Assembly: GCA_976226885.1 (NCBI GenBank)
Contig: OZ320320.1
Span: forward strand, 67,828,001-67,892,000
Direction of reading: 5' to 3'
Length of the DNA: 64,000 bases
Origin: Iphione sp. A-MEVVRFRX5
Lineage: Eukaryota
Shown here: in pieces, positions 1-10,437 of the stretch
How the letters are laid out: each line of letters begins with the position of its first letter
Position numbering within the stretch: the first letter of the stretch is position 1
Translations under genes and position numbers: made by a program
The notes under the pieces: generated by a model
Told to the model about the DNA's origin: nothing
The model's input: only the letters and a program-made list of their open reading frames with translations
Database searches by the model: none

Positions 1-342
1 CCACCAGGTCACATGGCTGAGCTGTCTTGGCGACCGTCAGGGCGACCACCGCGCGCTGGCTCTCTCCTTCAGAGATGTCCTCGAAATGAGGGTAAGGCCG
101 GCCACTAACTTCCTGTGCCTTCTGGTTGATTGCCGGCTCCCCCAATCCAGGCCAATCTTGTAAGCTAGCCAAAAACTCAGCAGGGTCAAAATCCGGCTCC
201 TCTTCTGCTGACCAGGACCGCCGGCGCTGGTACTTAGCGGTTGGACTCCTCTTCAGGCTACTCTCCTTGGCCCTCTCCGTTGTGGTACGGCTACGTTTGA
301 CGACTGCCTGCTTCCCTCCGCTCTTGTTCTTCCTCTGCAAGG

Positions 343-1056
343 CTACAGGGGAGTGACATCTGAGGATGACGGGGTGGAGACGCCGCTCCAACCCGAGTCT
401 GATGACGTAGCTGGACGTCGCCCCTTAACTGGTTGGAGTTTGCCAGCCGAAGGTCGGCGGACGGTTAGTGGCTGCACGGAAGGCCAGTCGGGAGCTTCCA
501 TCTTCGGGGAAATCTTCATGCCTCCACCCAGGGGAGCCCCCTTCCCCCCCAGCTGGGCCAGGGTAGGGGTGGCCATCGCCTCTCTCGGTGGAAGCTCCTC
601 TTCCTCGGCCTCATCTTCCTCTTCATCAATGATAATAGGCTGGTGGGTGGATGCCCCAGCCCTAGAAGAATGGGCCTGGATTCTCTGGTTCCAGGCCTCC
701 TGCTCTTCCTGCCACTCGTGCAGCTCCCTCTTCCGTTTCTTCACTTCTGCAGCCTTTTGCACTTCTAACTCCTGCTTGAGGTGCGTCGAAAGGGGCAAGG
801 GACTTCCAAAAGTCAGCATATGCCCCCTGAACCGGAGATACTCGACATCAATACTGTGTCCCATAGCCAGATTGTGGTGGACCAATCGCAGGTGCCTGGT
901 CAGGTCCCCTTGACGCTTGAAGGCCCGACCCTCACAACGCGGATCGGGACACCTGCACCCAAACCCCTCGGTTTCGTGCACGTCCTCCAGGTGCCTCCTC
1001 AGGCAGTAGTGATTGGCAAAGGTCTTCTTAGAGAATTGGCATTTAAAGGCCTCCAT
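343..1056 (-). CDS. Accessory two-finger C2H2 zinc-finger protein of element 1 (237 aa from agcATGg; second Cys of finger 1 changed to Ser)
   Basis: MEAFKCQFSKKTFANHYCLRRHLEDVH-ETEGFGCR-CPDPRCEGRAFKRQGDLTRHLRLVH, followed by a charged helix, a basic patch and an acidic tract. Aligns with the ZF ORFs of elements 2 and 3. The frame is open upstream to about 1515. Confidence 0.8.
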   Translation of the reverse strand: MEAFKCQFSKKTFANHYCLRRHLEDVHETEGFGCRCPDPRCEGRAFKRQGDLTRHLRLVHHNLAMGHSIDVEYLRFRGHMLTFGSPLPLSTHLKQELEVQKAAEVKKRKRELHEWQEEQEAWNQRIQAHSSRAGASTHQPIIIDEEEDEAEEEELPPREAMATPTLAQLGGKGAPLGGGMKISPKMEAPDWPSVQPLTVRRPSAGKLQPVKGRRPATSSDSGWSGVSTPSSSDVTPL

Positions 1057-1886
1057 GCTACTGAGCGTATCAGGGAACGTTTGCTCCTGCGGTGGTCGGT
1101 TGATTCCCCGCACTTGGGCTGGGCTCCCCTCGCACCTCCTGGCGGCCGGGGTGATACACTGCCGCTGCAGCAAGTCAAGGTAGGAGCCACCGACGTGCCT
1201 CCTGGTGGCGGGGGGTGATGCAGGACCCCACGGGTAGGTTCCCCGCACTTGAGTCGCACTTGTCCGGCCTCCCGCTCTTCGCACGTCGCCTAAGCGAAAC
1301 CCCTCACGTCGAGCAATCCTTATTTCACCAAAGCGAGGGGTTAATTTGCGGGGCTGGAATTTACGTGGGGTTTGGCCTGTTCCTCGCCCAAGTGCGAAGG
1401 TCAAGGTCACTCCTCCCACGTAGGGTCCGGTCGATCGCTTCGAGGAATTATCCGTTCCCCGGTGTGCAAATTGCCCTTGCGCCTCGCACAGGAGTCCTGA
1501 CTTGGGGCCGCGCACAAAGGCTTCCTCTGCAACATTGAAAAGGGCGCCAACGGACTTTTCTTCTCTGTTAACCGGTCGGGCGTCCTCCTTCCTCGTGAAT
1601 TTTCCTTCAGGGCTCGTAGTTCAGTAACGCATGCTGCAGAGGGCGCCCCCGTCACGTTTCCTGCTTGGTTGATGCAGTCTCCATGAGATGCCGACACTTT
1701 GCAGGTTTTTTGCTTCAGCCGTTCCCTGCACGGTGGCAGCACCCCTGAGTCGCACCACGCTTCGGGGATACGCATGCCCGGTGTCGTTTGACACGGGGAG
1801 TGACTCGTCGATGGCATGACGTGCGAATTAATCACCGCACATGGTAGGCTTGTTTTAGGTTTCTCCGCACTGTCCAGAAGTCGCCG

Positions 1887-2531
1887 CACGTCTTGCTTCG
1901 CCCCGCAACCCGGGGCCCCGCTCAACCAACGGGGTGGTCGTGCACGAACCCGCAGCGTACGCCCCGCAATACGGACTTGCCTGATTTCCTCCTGCCGCAA
2001 TACCCTTGCATGACCAACTTCCTTGGATTCTTCTACTTCATGAGCTTTCTTGAGTAGGTCTTCATGCACCACCTTCACTGATCTTCCTTTCTGCATTCTC
2101 CACACGTCATTCTTCGCCCCGCACCTTGGGGCCCCGCTCAACCAACGGGGTGGTCGTGCGTGAACCCGCAGCGTACGCCCCGCAATACGGACTTGCCTGA
2201 TTTCCTCCTGCCGCAATACCCTTGCATGACCAACTTCCTTGGATTCTTCTACTTCATGAGCTTTCTTGAGTAGGTCTTCATGCACCACCTTCACTGATCT
2301 TCCTTTCTGCATTCTCCACACGTCGTTCTTCGCCCTGCACCTTGGGGCCCCGCTCAACCAACGGGGTGGTCGTGCGTGAACCCGCAGCGTACGCCCCGCA
2401 ATACGGACTTGCCTGATTTCCTCCTGCCGCAATACCCTCGCATAACCAACTTCCTTGGATTCTTCTACTCCATGAGCTTTCTTGAGTAGGTCTCAATGCA
2501 CCACCTTCACTGATCTTCCTTTCTGTATTCT
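1887..2531 (-). repeat. Three tandem 216-bp copies spanning the integrase C-terminus of element 1
   Basis: The anchor cacgtc recurs at 1887, 2103 and 2319. The protein repeat VVHEDLLKKAHEVEESKEVGHARVLRQEE...PPRW is visible in ORF 1407..2432. Confidence 0.93.
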
Positions 2532-5500
2532 GAATACCACTAAAGATAGCTTCTTCTCTATCCTCCAGGGGCCGGTCCACCACCTTTCCAGTTTGGGAGA
2601 TCTTCCAATTTTCTTCTGTGGATGAAACAGCCCAATCCCCCCATCCGGAGATGGGATGGCGGCTGTGTTCCCCCTGTCTACTGGCGGGACGGCGGCCGTT
2701 TCAACAGTTACCGACCCCAACTCTTCCGCCCCTGGCCCACTATTAGCTGGGGAAGGACAGGGCGTGGGGTTGCTCCCCCCGCCTGCTGGCGGGATGACGG
2801 CAGAATGTGGTGCTACCGCAAGCCGGCCGGTGGCCCCTCTGGCCACCGCCCCCCCCCGCTCTCAGCCCTCGCCTACTGTCTGTGGGGGCTGATAACACTG
2901 GTGGGCCAATCCCCCCGTCGGGTGACGGGACGACAGTTGAATCGACGACCTCGCAACAGCGGCCCTCTCAAGGTTCCAGCATAGAGGAGGTTGAGGCCCC
3001 GATCCGTGGCTCGTGCAAACGGCAACCTGGGCTGCTGCAGAAGCCACAACCCCCCAGCGGAACGGGAGGACCAGTGATGAGTACTTCCGCGTAATCCGAC
3101 AGGACAGTGACTGGGCTGAGCACTGGTACAGACAGAGGTGCCGCCGGCGATGGGACTGTTCCTGAGACATTGGAGCATTCCGGTTTGGCGGAATGCGGCG
3201 TGCGAGAGAAGGCCGAGTTGGTGGCACGTATGGAGGACTTTCCAAAATCTTCCGTGGGACCTCTTCTTGTCTGGTGGCCGTTTCTATTCCCAGGGGGTCA
3301 CTCTGACTTCTGAGTTCTAGGCGGTGGATGGTTTCCTCCCCGGGATCTTCTTCCTCCGACCTACCACACTGTTTGCACGTTACCCAGGACAAACCATCTG
3401 CATTTCCATGTTTCTTCCCAGGTCGATGTACAATAGAGAAGATGTAGCAGAATCTCTCCTCTAGCCAGTGCGCAAGCTGGCCTTCTGGCTCGTGGAATCT
3501 GCATAGTCACCTTAGGGAGTCGTGGTTCGCTCTGATCCGCACCTCTTGACCACCTAGATAGTGCTTGAATTTCCTCAGGGCCCACACTACTGCCAACAGC
3601 TCTCGTCTTGTCACAAAGTAGTTCCTCTCGGGCTTGGTCAACCGTCGGCTGGCATAGGCGATCACCTTTTCTTGGCCATCCTGCTCTTGGCTGAGGACCG
3701 CCCCTACCCCCACCAAAGACACATCAGTATCCAGGCATAGGGCTCCTCCAGGTCATGGGTAGGCGAGGATTGGTGCTCTGTATAGGCTCTGTTTCAATGA
3801 ACAAAAGGCGGCCTTACACAGGGGGCCCCAGTTGAACTCTGCCCCCTTCTCTGTCAGCTGAATAAGCGGCGATGCTATATTTGCGAAGTTCCTGACAAAG
3901 CTTCTGTAGTATGAAGTCAGGCCAAGAAAGCTTCTCACTTCGTCGATGCAGCCCAGCTTCAGCCAATGTAAGATAGCACGTGTCTTCTCGGGATCTGGTG
4001 GCACCCCCTCCTCGGACACTTCATGTCCTAAGTACCGCACTCGCCGTTGGCACAACTGGCACTTGGATGGTTTAATGCGCAGTCCTGCCTCCCAGAATCA
4101 CTCTAACACCTCAGCTAAGTTGGCATAGCTGTCCTCTATAGACCGTCCTAGGATGATCACGTCGTCGAGGTAGACCAAACATTTGTCTCCGACCAGGCCT
4201 CACAAAATGGCTTCTATGAGCCTCTCGAAGGTCGATGGCAGGTTGCAAAGGCCGAACGGCATGACTTTAAATTGGTAAAGTCCCTCAGTCGTACACACGG
4301 CCGTCTTCTCCCAATCTGGCGGAAGAACCTCGACTTGCCAGTACCCACTCGCCAGATCTAGGGTGGAGAAATATCTGGCCCCCTGGAGCGCGTCCAGTGT
4401 GTCGTCAATCCGGGGCAGTGGGTACGCATCCTTCTTAGTGCAACTATTGAGCTTACGGTAGTCCACACAGAAGCGAACCCCTCCGTCTTTTTTCTGTACC
4501 AACACAACAGGAGACGCCCACGGGCTGACGGAGGGCTCCAGCACAACCCTGTCAATCATCTTCTTAAGCTCTGCCTGTACCAGCGGCCGCTTATCCCTGG
4601 GAAGGCGACGTGTTCATTGTCGGATGGAGGCGTGACCTTGCGTCTCTATCTGGTGGCGAATCAGGCTGGTGTGTCCCGGTGGTCCCGAAGGTGTTTGAAT
4701 CACCTCTCGGTAGTTCCACAACAGCTGGTGTAGCAGCTCACGCTCCGCTTCCTGTACTTCCTCTGGCAGGGTTCCCAGGAGTGACTGGATAGCCAATTCC
4801 TGTTCGTCCGCGAGCAGCTCCGCTTCTACTCCACTTGATTTCTCTTCCACCTTCTGCCCCTGCTGAGCCAACGTGGACACCATTCCCACACACATTCCTT
4901 GATAAAGACGCATGGCCGCCTCCCCAGGGTTACAGGTAAGCACGCCGAATTCATCATTCTGGCCTTCCAACAGCGTCGACACAACTCATAGTCCCGATCT
5001 TTCCTCAAAGTCCAGAAGTCCTTCGACCACGAACCGTCCCACCGGTCCCTGTTGGCCCAGTTGGATGGGGAGGACTTGCCGACAACGTCCCTCGATGACT
5101 ACTAATTTCTTCAAGAAGGCCCGATTTTCCTGATCTGGTAGACGCACCATAATCTCACTGGAACCCGTGTGCACCGCAGCCTCCCATCTGGTCAAGGTAA
5201 CCAGTCCCAATAGCCCTTCTGCTTCAATGATGGCGACCCGCGCATTCACTGGTAGCTGAACTTGGCCGAATTCCACTGTTAGCTTGACTTCTCCCAGAAC
5301 CTCCAATGGTTTTCCATCCGCACACAACACACGGCCCTGACGAGGAAGTAAGGGAATTCCCCAAAGCTGCTGGTACACCTTCTCAGACAAAACTGTTACT
5401 GAAGCCCCAGTATCCACCAGCCAGTTCATGGAGATCTTCTGAAGACAAGCCGGCAAACTCCAGCCCTTGGTGATGTCGTCCCATGTCGCCTGTAGTCGAT

Positions 5501-5620
5501 GGAGAGGTTTCATGTCGTAGGCCAAGGCTGTGAGGTGTTCCAGCCACTCCTTTCTTTCTTCAGTCAACCCCGCCCACCCTACTTCTCTGGGGCGGGCGGG
5601 ACGGCGTTTTCCGCTTGGTA
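2530..5620 (-). pseudogene. pol: Degenerate pol (PR-RT-RNase H; integrase core missing) of element 1
   Basis: ORF fragments 4986..5645, 4614..4982, 4200..4559, 3753..4055 and 3507..3722 carry PR, RT and RNase H motifs (SPWASPVVLV, DAYPLPRIDD, TRRELLAVV) broken by stops and frameshifts. Confidence 0.9.
5570..5612 (-). other. Remnant -1 frameshift signal of element 1 (G GAA AAC plus 11-bp GC hairpin)
   Basis: GGAAAAC at 5612-5606, then CCCGCCCGCCC / GGGTGGGCGGG arms with the original gag stop at the 3' edge of the loop. Confidence 0.65.
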
Positions 5621-5632
5621 AGCCTTGAACTT

Positions 5633-6969
5633 CTAACAATCCCACTTAAAGTGCCCTATCTCATCACAGAAATGACACTTTCCCTTCCGCCCACGTGGCT
5701 GTGGCTTCTTCACCTCCCCGGCCGGCTCTGGTTTCAACAATTGCTGCAGGAGTTGTTCGATTCGTTCCAGCGTGGCCCCATCACTGGCTCGTGAGGTGGA
5801 GACCACTTCTGCTGTGTCCACCTCCTCTTCTTCCTCCGTTGTAGCGGAGATGCGATGCGTGCTTCCACGCTCCTCCTCTGCGTGGTAAAAGGAATCCACC
5901 AGCAGAGCCTGGGATAGGGCCCCCTGGAAAGTTGTGGCTTTACTAAGGGTGACTTGCTTGCGGACCCGCTTGTCCCGGAGTGCGCCCGTAAAATACTCCC
6001 GGCACATTCAATCTAGCCAAGGTCCCTCGGCCTCGGGATATGCTTGCCTGACAAGTCTTTCCATCTCTTCTGCAAACTGGTTCAGGTCCTCGTCCTTGCC
6101 CTGCTTCCGACTCTTTAGCTGTTGCTCAAAAAACCCCACGTGGTCCTTGGACATAAACCTCCGCTTCAGTAATTTCAGAAGCTTCTGATATGCCTGGGGG
6201 TCATTCTCGTCCCATGCCTCCATCCGCAGAATGGCTCGGGTGGACTTCCGAAGATTTATACGCATTTGAAGGGCCTTTTTGGGTTCGCTCCAATGGTTCG
6301 ATATGGCCACCCATTCAAAATGCTGTATATAGTCCATCAATGGCGTGGTCCCGTCGAACTGTTTGGGCTTGGTATGATTTCGTTTTGAGGCTCCTTGTTG
6401 CGCCGCTGCCTCTCTGACGCTAGCCATCAATGCCTGCGTAAGCCCCTGGAACAGGTCGTTGGCGACCGGAGGCATGGGATCGGACCCCGTCGTGCCGGCA
6501 TCCCGACGTGGAGGGTCATCTTCTGGGCTCCATTTCCTTCTTCCTCACTGTCGCCTGAGTTGCTTTCCCTATTGGTATCCTCCTCCGGCTCATCGTTGTC
6601 TGAGTTTGAACCCTCATGCTCTTCCAACCGAAATATACTAGGCTGGTGTACCACCTTTCACTCCTGATCTGCTCGACTCAGGGCCCCGCCTCCTAGTACG
6701 GGGTGCTGAGCCCCGCCCTGGAGTGATGGTGTGTGCGGGGCCACCCCGCTCCGGGGCGTGGGGTGCGAGGTTGCCCCGCTTCGGGGAGTCGAAGCAAGTG
6801 GAGTGCGCTCCTTCTCCAGATTATCCATGGTACTAGCTCCCGCTCTCCAATCCCAACGAGAAGCGGCAGGTTCTTCTCCTCCGGCGGTACCAGCGTACTC
6901 CTGGTCACCACCCGGAAGGATCCCACTGCTGCCACCAATGTTGTGGCTTCTGCCACTTCTCAAACTCAT
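5633..6969 (-). pseudogene. gag: Degenerate gag of element 1
   Basis: Starts MSLRSGR inside the LTR. Capsid motif KPKQFDGTTPLMDYIQHFE and a CCHC knuckle are present. In-frame stops at 6658 and 5633, plus frameshifts. Confidence 0.88.
6920..6937 (-). other. Primer-binding site, tRNA-Leu type (element 1)
   Basis: Plus strand ATCCCACTGCTGCCACCA resembles the 3' end of tRNA-Leu with CCA and lies 1 nt from the LTR edge. Confidence 0.85.
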
Positions 6970-7177
6970 GACGCGGGAAGGCCGGATAACAGTTGAAGAT
7001 GTTTATTGATCCAAAGCCAGAAAGCAACTGAACTCTACCCGCACGTCACCTCCTTAGATGCGGGGACATGCACGCATACAATCGCACACCCATACAATTC
7101 CTCGCATGACGCACATACCCGCACATTCATTCACCGTACTCGCAACCCCGCACACACAGCCCCGCACATACGCCACA
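6939..7177 (-). repeat. 5' LTR of element 1 (239 bp)
   Basis: TG...CA ends, adjacent PBS, AATAAA on the minus strand, six GCGGG motifs, flanked by ATAT at 7178-7181. The partner LTR is outside the window. Confidence 0.8.
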
Positions 7178-7415
7178 ATATGTTAGATGTTGAGAATTAT
7201 TTTCTAATTTGCATATCATTTGGATAAAAACTGCAGAGTTTCCACTGCTATGCTTGAATTTCCATGAAAAACTGCACAATTTCCACCGATATGCCTCAAT
7301 CTACCTGAAAAACTGCACAATTTCTGCCGATATGTCTCAATCTCCATGAAAAACTGCACAATTTCAACCAATATGCCTCAATGTCCATGAAAGAAATAAA
7401 TGCATGTACATACAT

Positions 7416-7420
<5 letters not shown>

Positions 7421-7502
<82 letters not shown>

Positions 7503-7511
7503 TCTCTCTCT
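7421..7511. repeat. (CT)n microsatellite
   Basis: Directly visible. Confidence 0.98.
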
Positions 7512-7824
7512 GGAAAAAAATCTGTACACAAAGAAACAGGGTGTCCATGGATGTGCGGAAAACAGCTCATTTTCCGGACTTCACATGCTGTGCAGAAAAA
7601 AATCCATGCACATGGGTACCGGGCCTCACTCGCAGTTCTATTTACCGTGGGAGGCTAGGAGGGAAATCATGTCATTAGTAAGAGATTTTGCAAAAACGCA
7701 TGGTTTTATCCTAGAAATCTGTAAAATTCCCACCATATGACTGCAATCCCATTCATGAGTAGTAATAAGTTGAACTACATTTACATGTAATTCTTCCTTA
7801 TGCAGCTGTTCAAAACAGGAAGTA

Positions 7825-8402
7825 CAGTAAAAATCCATTACAGCGGACACTGGCGGGACTGTCTGCAAAGCGTCCGTTGTATAGGGTGTCCGCTGTGTCA
7901 GAGCTACCCCTTCTCCTCCACCAATAACCAATACAGTTGACTCTCATCCAGGGCAACCATTCACCCAATGAGAACACCATTTTAAGAAGAGAAATCTTGA
8001 GCATTTTCCACCCCTGGGGGCGACCAACTCTTATGGGAGACCACCATTTTAAGAATGAAAGTGATATGTTTCACGTTTGAAAGGATATTTATTCTGTAAG
8101 GTGTGGGTAGAGGTGTTAGCATGAACACTCGTCTCTAACAAAGAGAGTAACAGAGGGTATCCACAGAATGATAATTCATACTTTGCAGAGAAAGAGGGAG
8201 AAGGGGATATCATTTCCATGTTCCGTGTCTGCTGTAACACTGTAAAATCAGTGTTTAGGACGTAAAACGAGTGTCCACAGGTGGGTGTCCACTGTACATG
8301 AGTGGTCCCTGTGTCCTGTGTTTTATAAGGGTTTCATTTGCGACTACACTAAAAGCCCCCGTAGAGAGAGTCGTCCGCTGTCCGTTGTGAGAGTTTTTAC
8401 TG
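7825..8402. mobile_element. Non-autonomous Tc1/mariner-pogo-like MITE (family A)
   Basis: TA|CAGTAAAAA ... TTTTTACTG|TA. Subterminal and internal blocks (gcgtccgttgt, gtgtccacaggtgggtgtcc) are shared with 16782-16962 and 37053-37768. Confidence 0.75.
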
Positions 8403-10437
8403 TATAATTATGATCACGTTCTTCTGATCTATAATAATGGACAAGTAATACGTCTGGTAAGATCCACGTGGATTTGGTCATCATGCAGCTATACCGACAA
8501 CAGCCCATTTGCACTCGGTCAAACGACTTCCACCAGAATAATTCACTGACTGTTCTTTGCATATGGATATTACGCAACATTACTATTATGAAGTTGTTTT
8601 TGGTTCCAGTAGCGAATACACAATTATGTATGAATATTTACCAGAGAAAATAAAGTTTGAAAAATAATAATAATGTATATGTTAAATCATCACAAACGAA
8701 TTGATCGATCGTACATGATGTGGCAACAATAGAATAAACTGGTTAGAATGACGCAATTTTCACTCTTTGTGGGTACAACCATTGATCTGTCAGAGGAAGT
8801 TAAAAAAACTTCATTATGACACTGGAAACAGAACGTTCCTACGATACATGCGATTGGTGAATTGATGCATCACTGACTAGCTAAAAACACCATTGCATCA
8901 CGGTGTTTTACTTAGAACATGGCGTTAAGTTAAAACACAAAGTCTAATCAAAATGCCATTTCCTGACTTTGTGAGAAAAACTTAGCAGGAAACACATTGT
9001 GTTGGGAGTTTAGACCAGATAGCGACTCATTGGTTTAACATGCTGAAAAAAATACTGAGGGCACATCCCTCTATAAAACATGCGTGAAAGTTCCTTATGC
9101 TGTTCAGTAGATCCTTCGCTTTCTTACTCTATCAGCAAAATTGCAACATCATACTAACAAGAAATTCCCTATTCAAACCTCAGAAATAAGCTACTCAGGT
9201 GTTACTGTTCTGCTTTCTATGATCAAATGAACACAACTGAATTGTCAAAGAGCCTTGGAAATTATTTTAAGGAATGAAGAAGGTATGTCATAGTTTTAAC
9301 ATTTTCTGATGAAATACACCAAAACCAATGATATCTGATCGGTCTAGTGGCTGACTGCACACCAGCTTCACTACCATTCCTCCTGAGACAGAGTTATTGT
9401 CATGGGCGCAGTATGAGAATACGTCATCAATGGTGGCTAATATATTATATATTGCACTCCTCACAGAGCGTCAATAGGATACATGGAACTGATAGATGTA
9501 AACACAGATATCATTATAATACTGTACAGATATTTTATTACTGGTCGGCTTAAATAAAACGTGTTTTATATCAACACAAAAGCATACCTCCCGCTCTCAT
9601 CTTACTAAAACTGGAAGAAAACGATATTATTTACATTTTAACTTGTGTTAATGTCCCGGACAAAAGTCCATCCGAAACAAAGAATTCCTATTGGTCAGAA
9701 CAAAGTCACTAAAGTCACCCCATTATCGTCCATATTCTGCTGTCCTCTGGTGAGACCGTATTGACCATGCAACTACCTGCTTCTGAAAAAAAGTGTCTAA
9801 ATGATGTAGATATCCATGTTTGCATACTCCGTCTACATATCTATACTACATAAACGCTGGCCATGGTCCCAACGTTTTCGTCGACAGAGCTGTACATGGG
9901 GCCAAAAGTTCAATTACAGCCCGAAATATGCACATAAGGATATTAAGTCTAAAACAAAGTTAGTTCATCTATGACCACGGCCAAAAAAGGTCCACGGCTT
10001 CTACAAGGGCGTTCCCCTGCTTGTGAGGTCTTACTCTATATACACAGAGGGCTGAAGAACCCTAAATCAAGTCAGAAGAACAGGCAGTTCTTGTAACTTC
10101 TCATCCTTAAAGAAGACTCTTGGGTCTCCAGCACATGACCAGCTGAACGATCCTTGCGATATCTGAGGTCACAAGATCAGACTGCACAAGGCCCCGCTGA
10201 AGTGGACGTGGCTGTAGTACTGCAGATTATGGAGCTTCGACATTCTGTCAGTTTAATTAGGGCTAAAGTGGGTGCATGTAGCGTGTTCCGTTTGGGTGAG
10301 TGAATTTTCCTTTTGGACCTGATTGCCAGCAAAACTGAAGACGGGCATTTAAAGAAGCCCATGTGGAGCACCAATAAGACTTCCAATAACCTTGGAGGTG
10401 TCCTTTGCTCGTCGAGTGACCTTGAAGAGCACCCTCA

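Larger units (their letters stand above)
1..7177 (-). mobile_element. Ty3/Gypsy LTR retrotransposon, element 1 (decayed; 3' part runs off the left edge)
   Basis: On the minus strand: LTR, PBS, gag (CCHC knuckle CHFCDEIGHFKWDC), protease (WLVDTGAS), RT (YLDDVII region), RNase H, integrase C-terminus, then a C2H2 ORF. Many stops and frameshifts. Confidence 0.93.

Noticed and set aside
353-913. Plus-strand ORFs antisense to the retroelements (also 44265..44873, 46039..46572, 26580..27056 and many others)
   Set aside because: Shadow ORFs of GC-rich coding sequence, with no motifs and no conservation between elements.
7296-7740. ORFs with SLSLSL/ERERER or poly-Leu runs (also 15065-15598, 56721-57104)
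   Set aside because: Translations of microsatellites.
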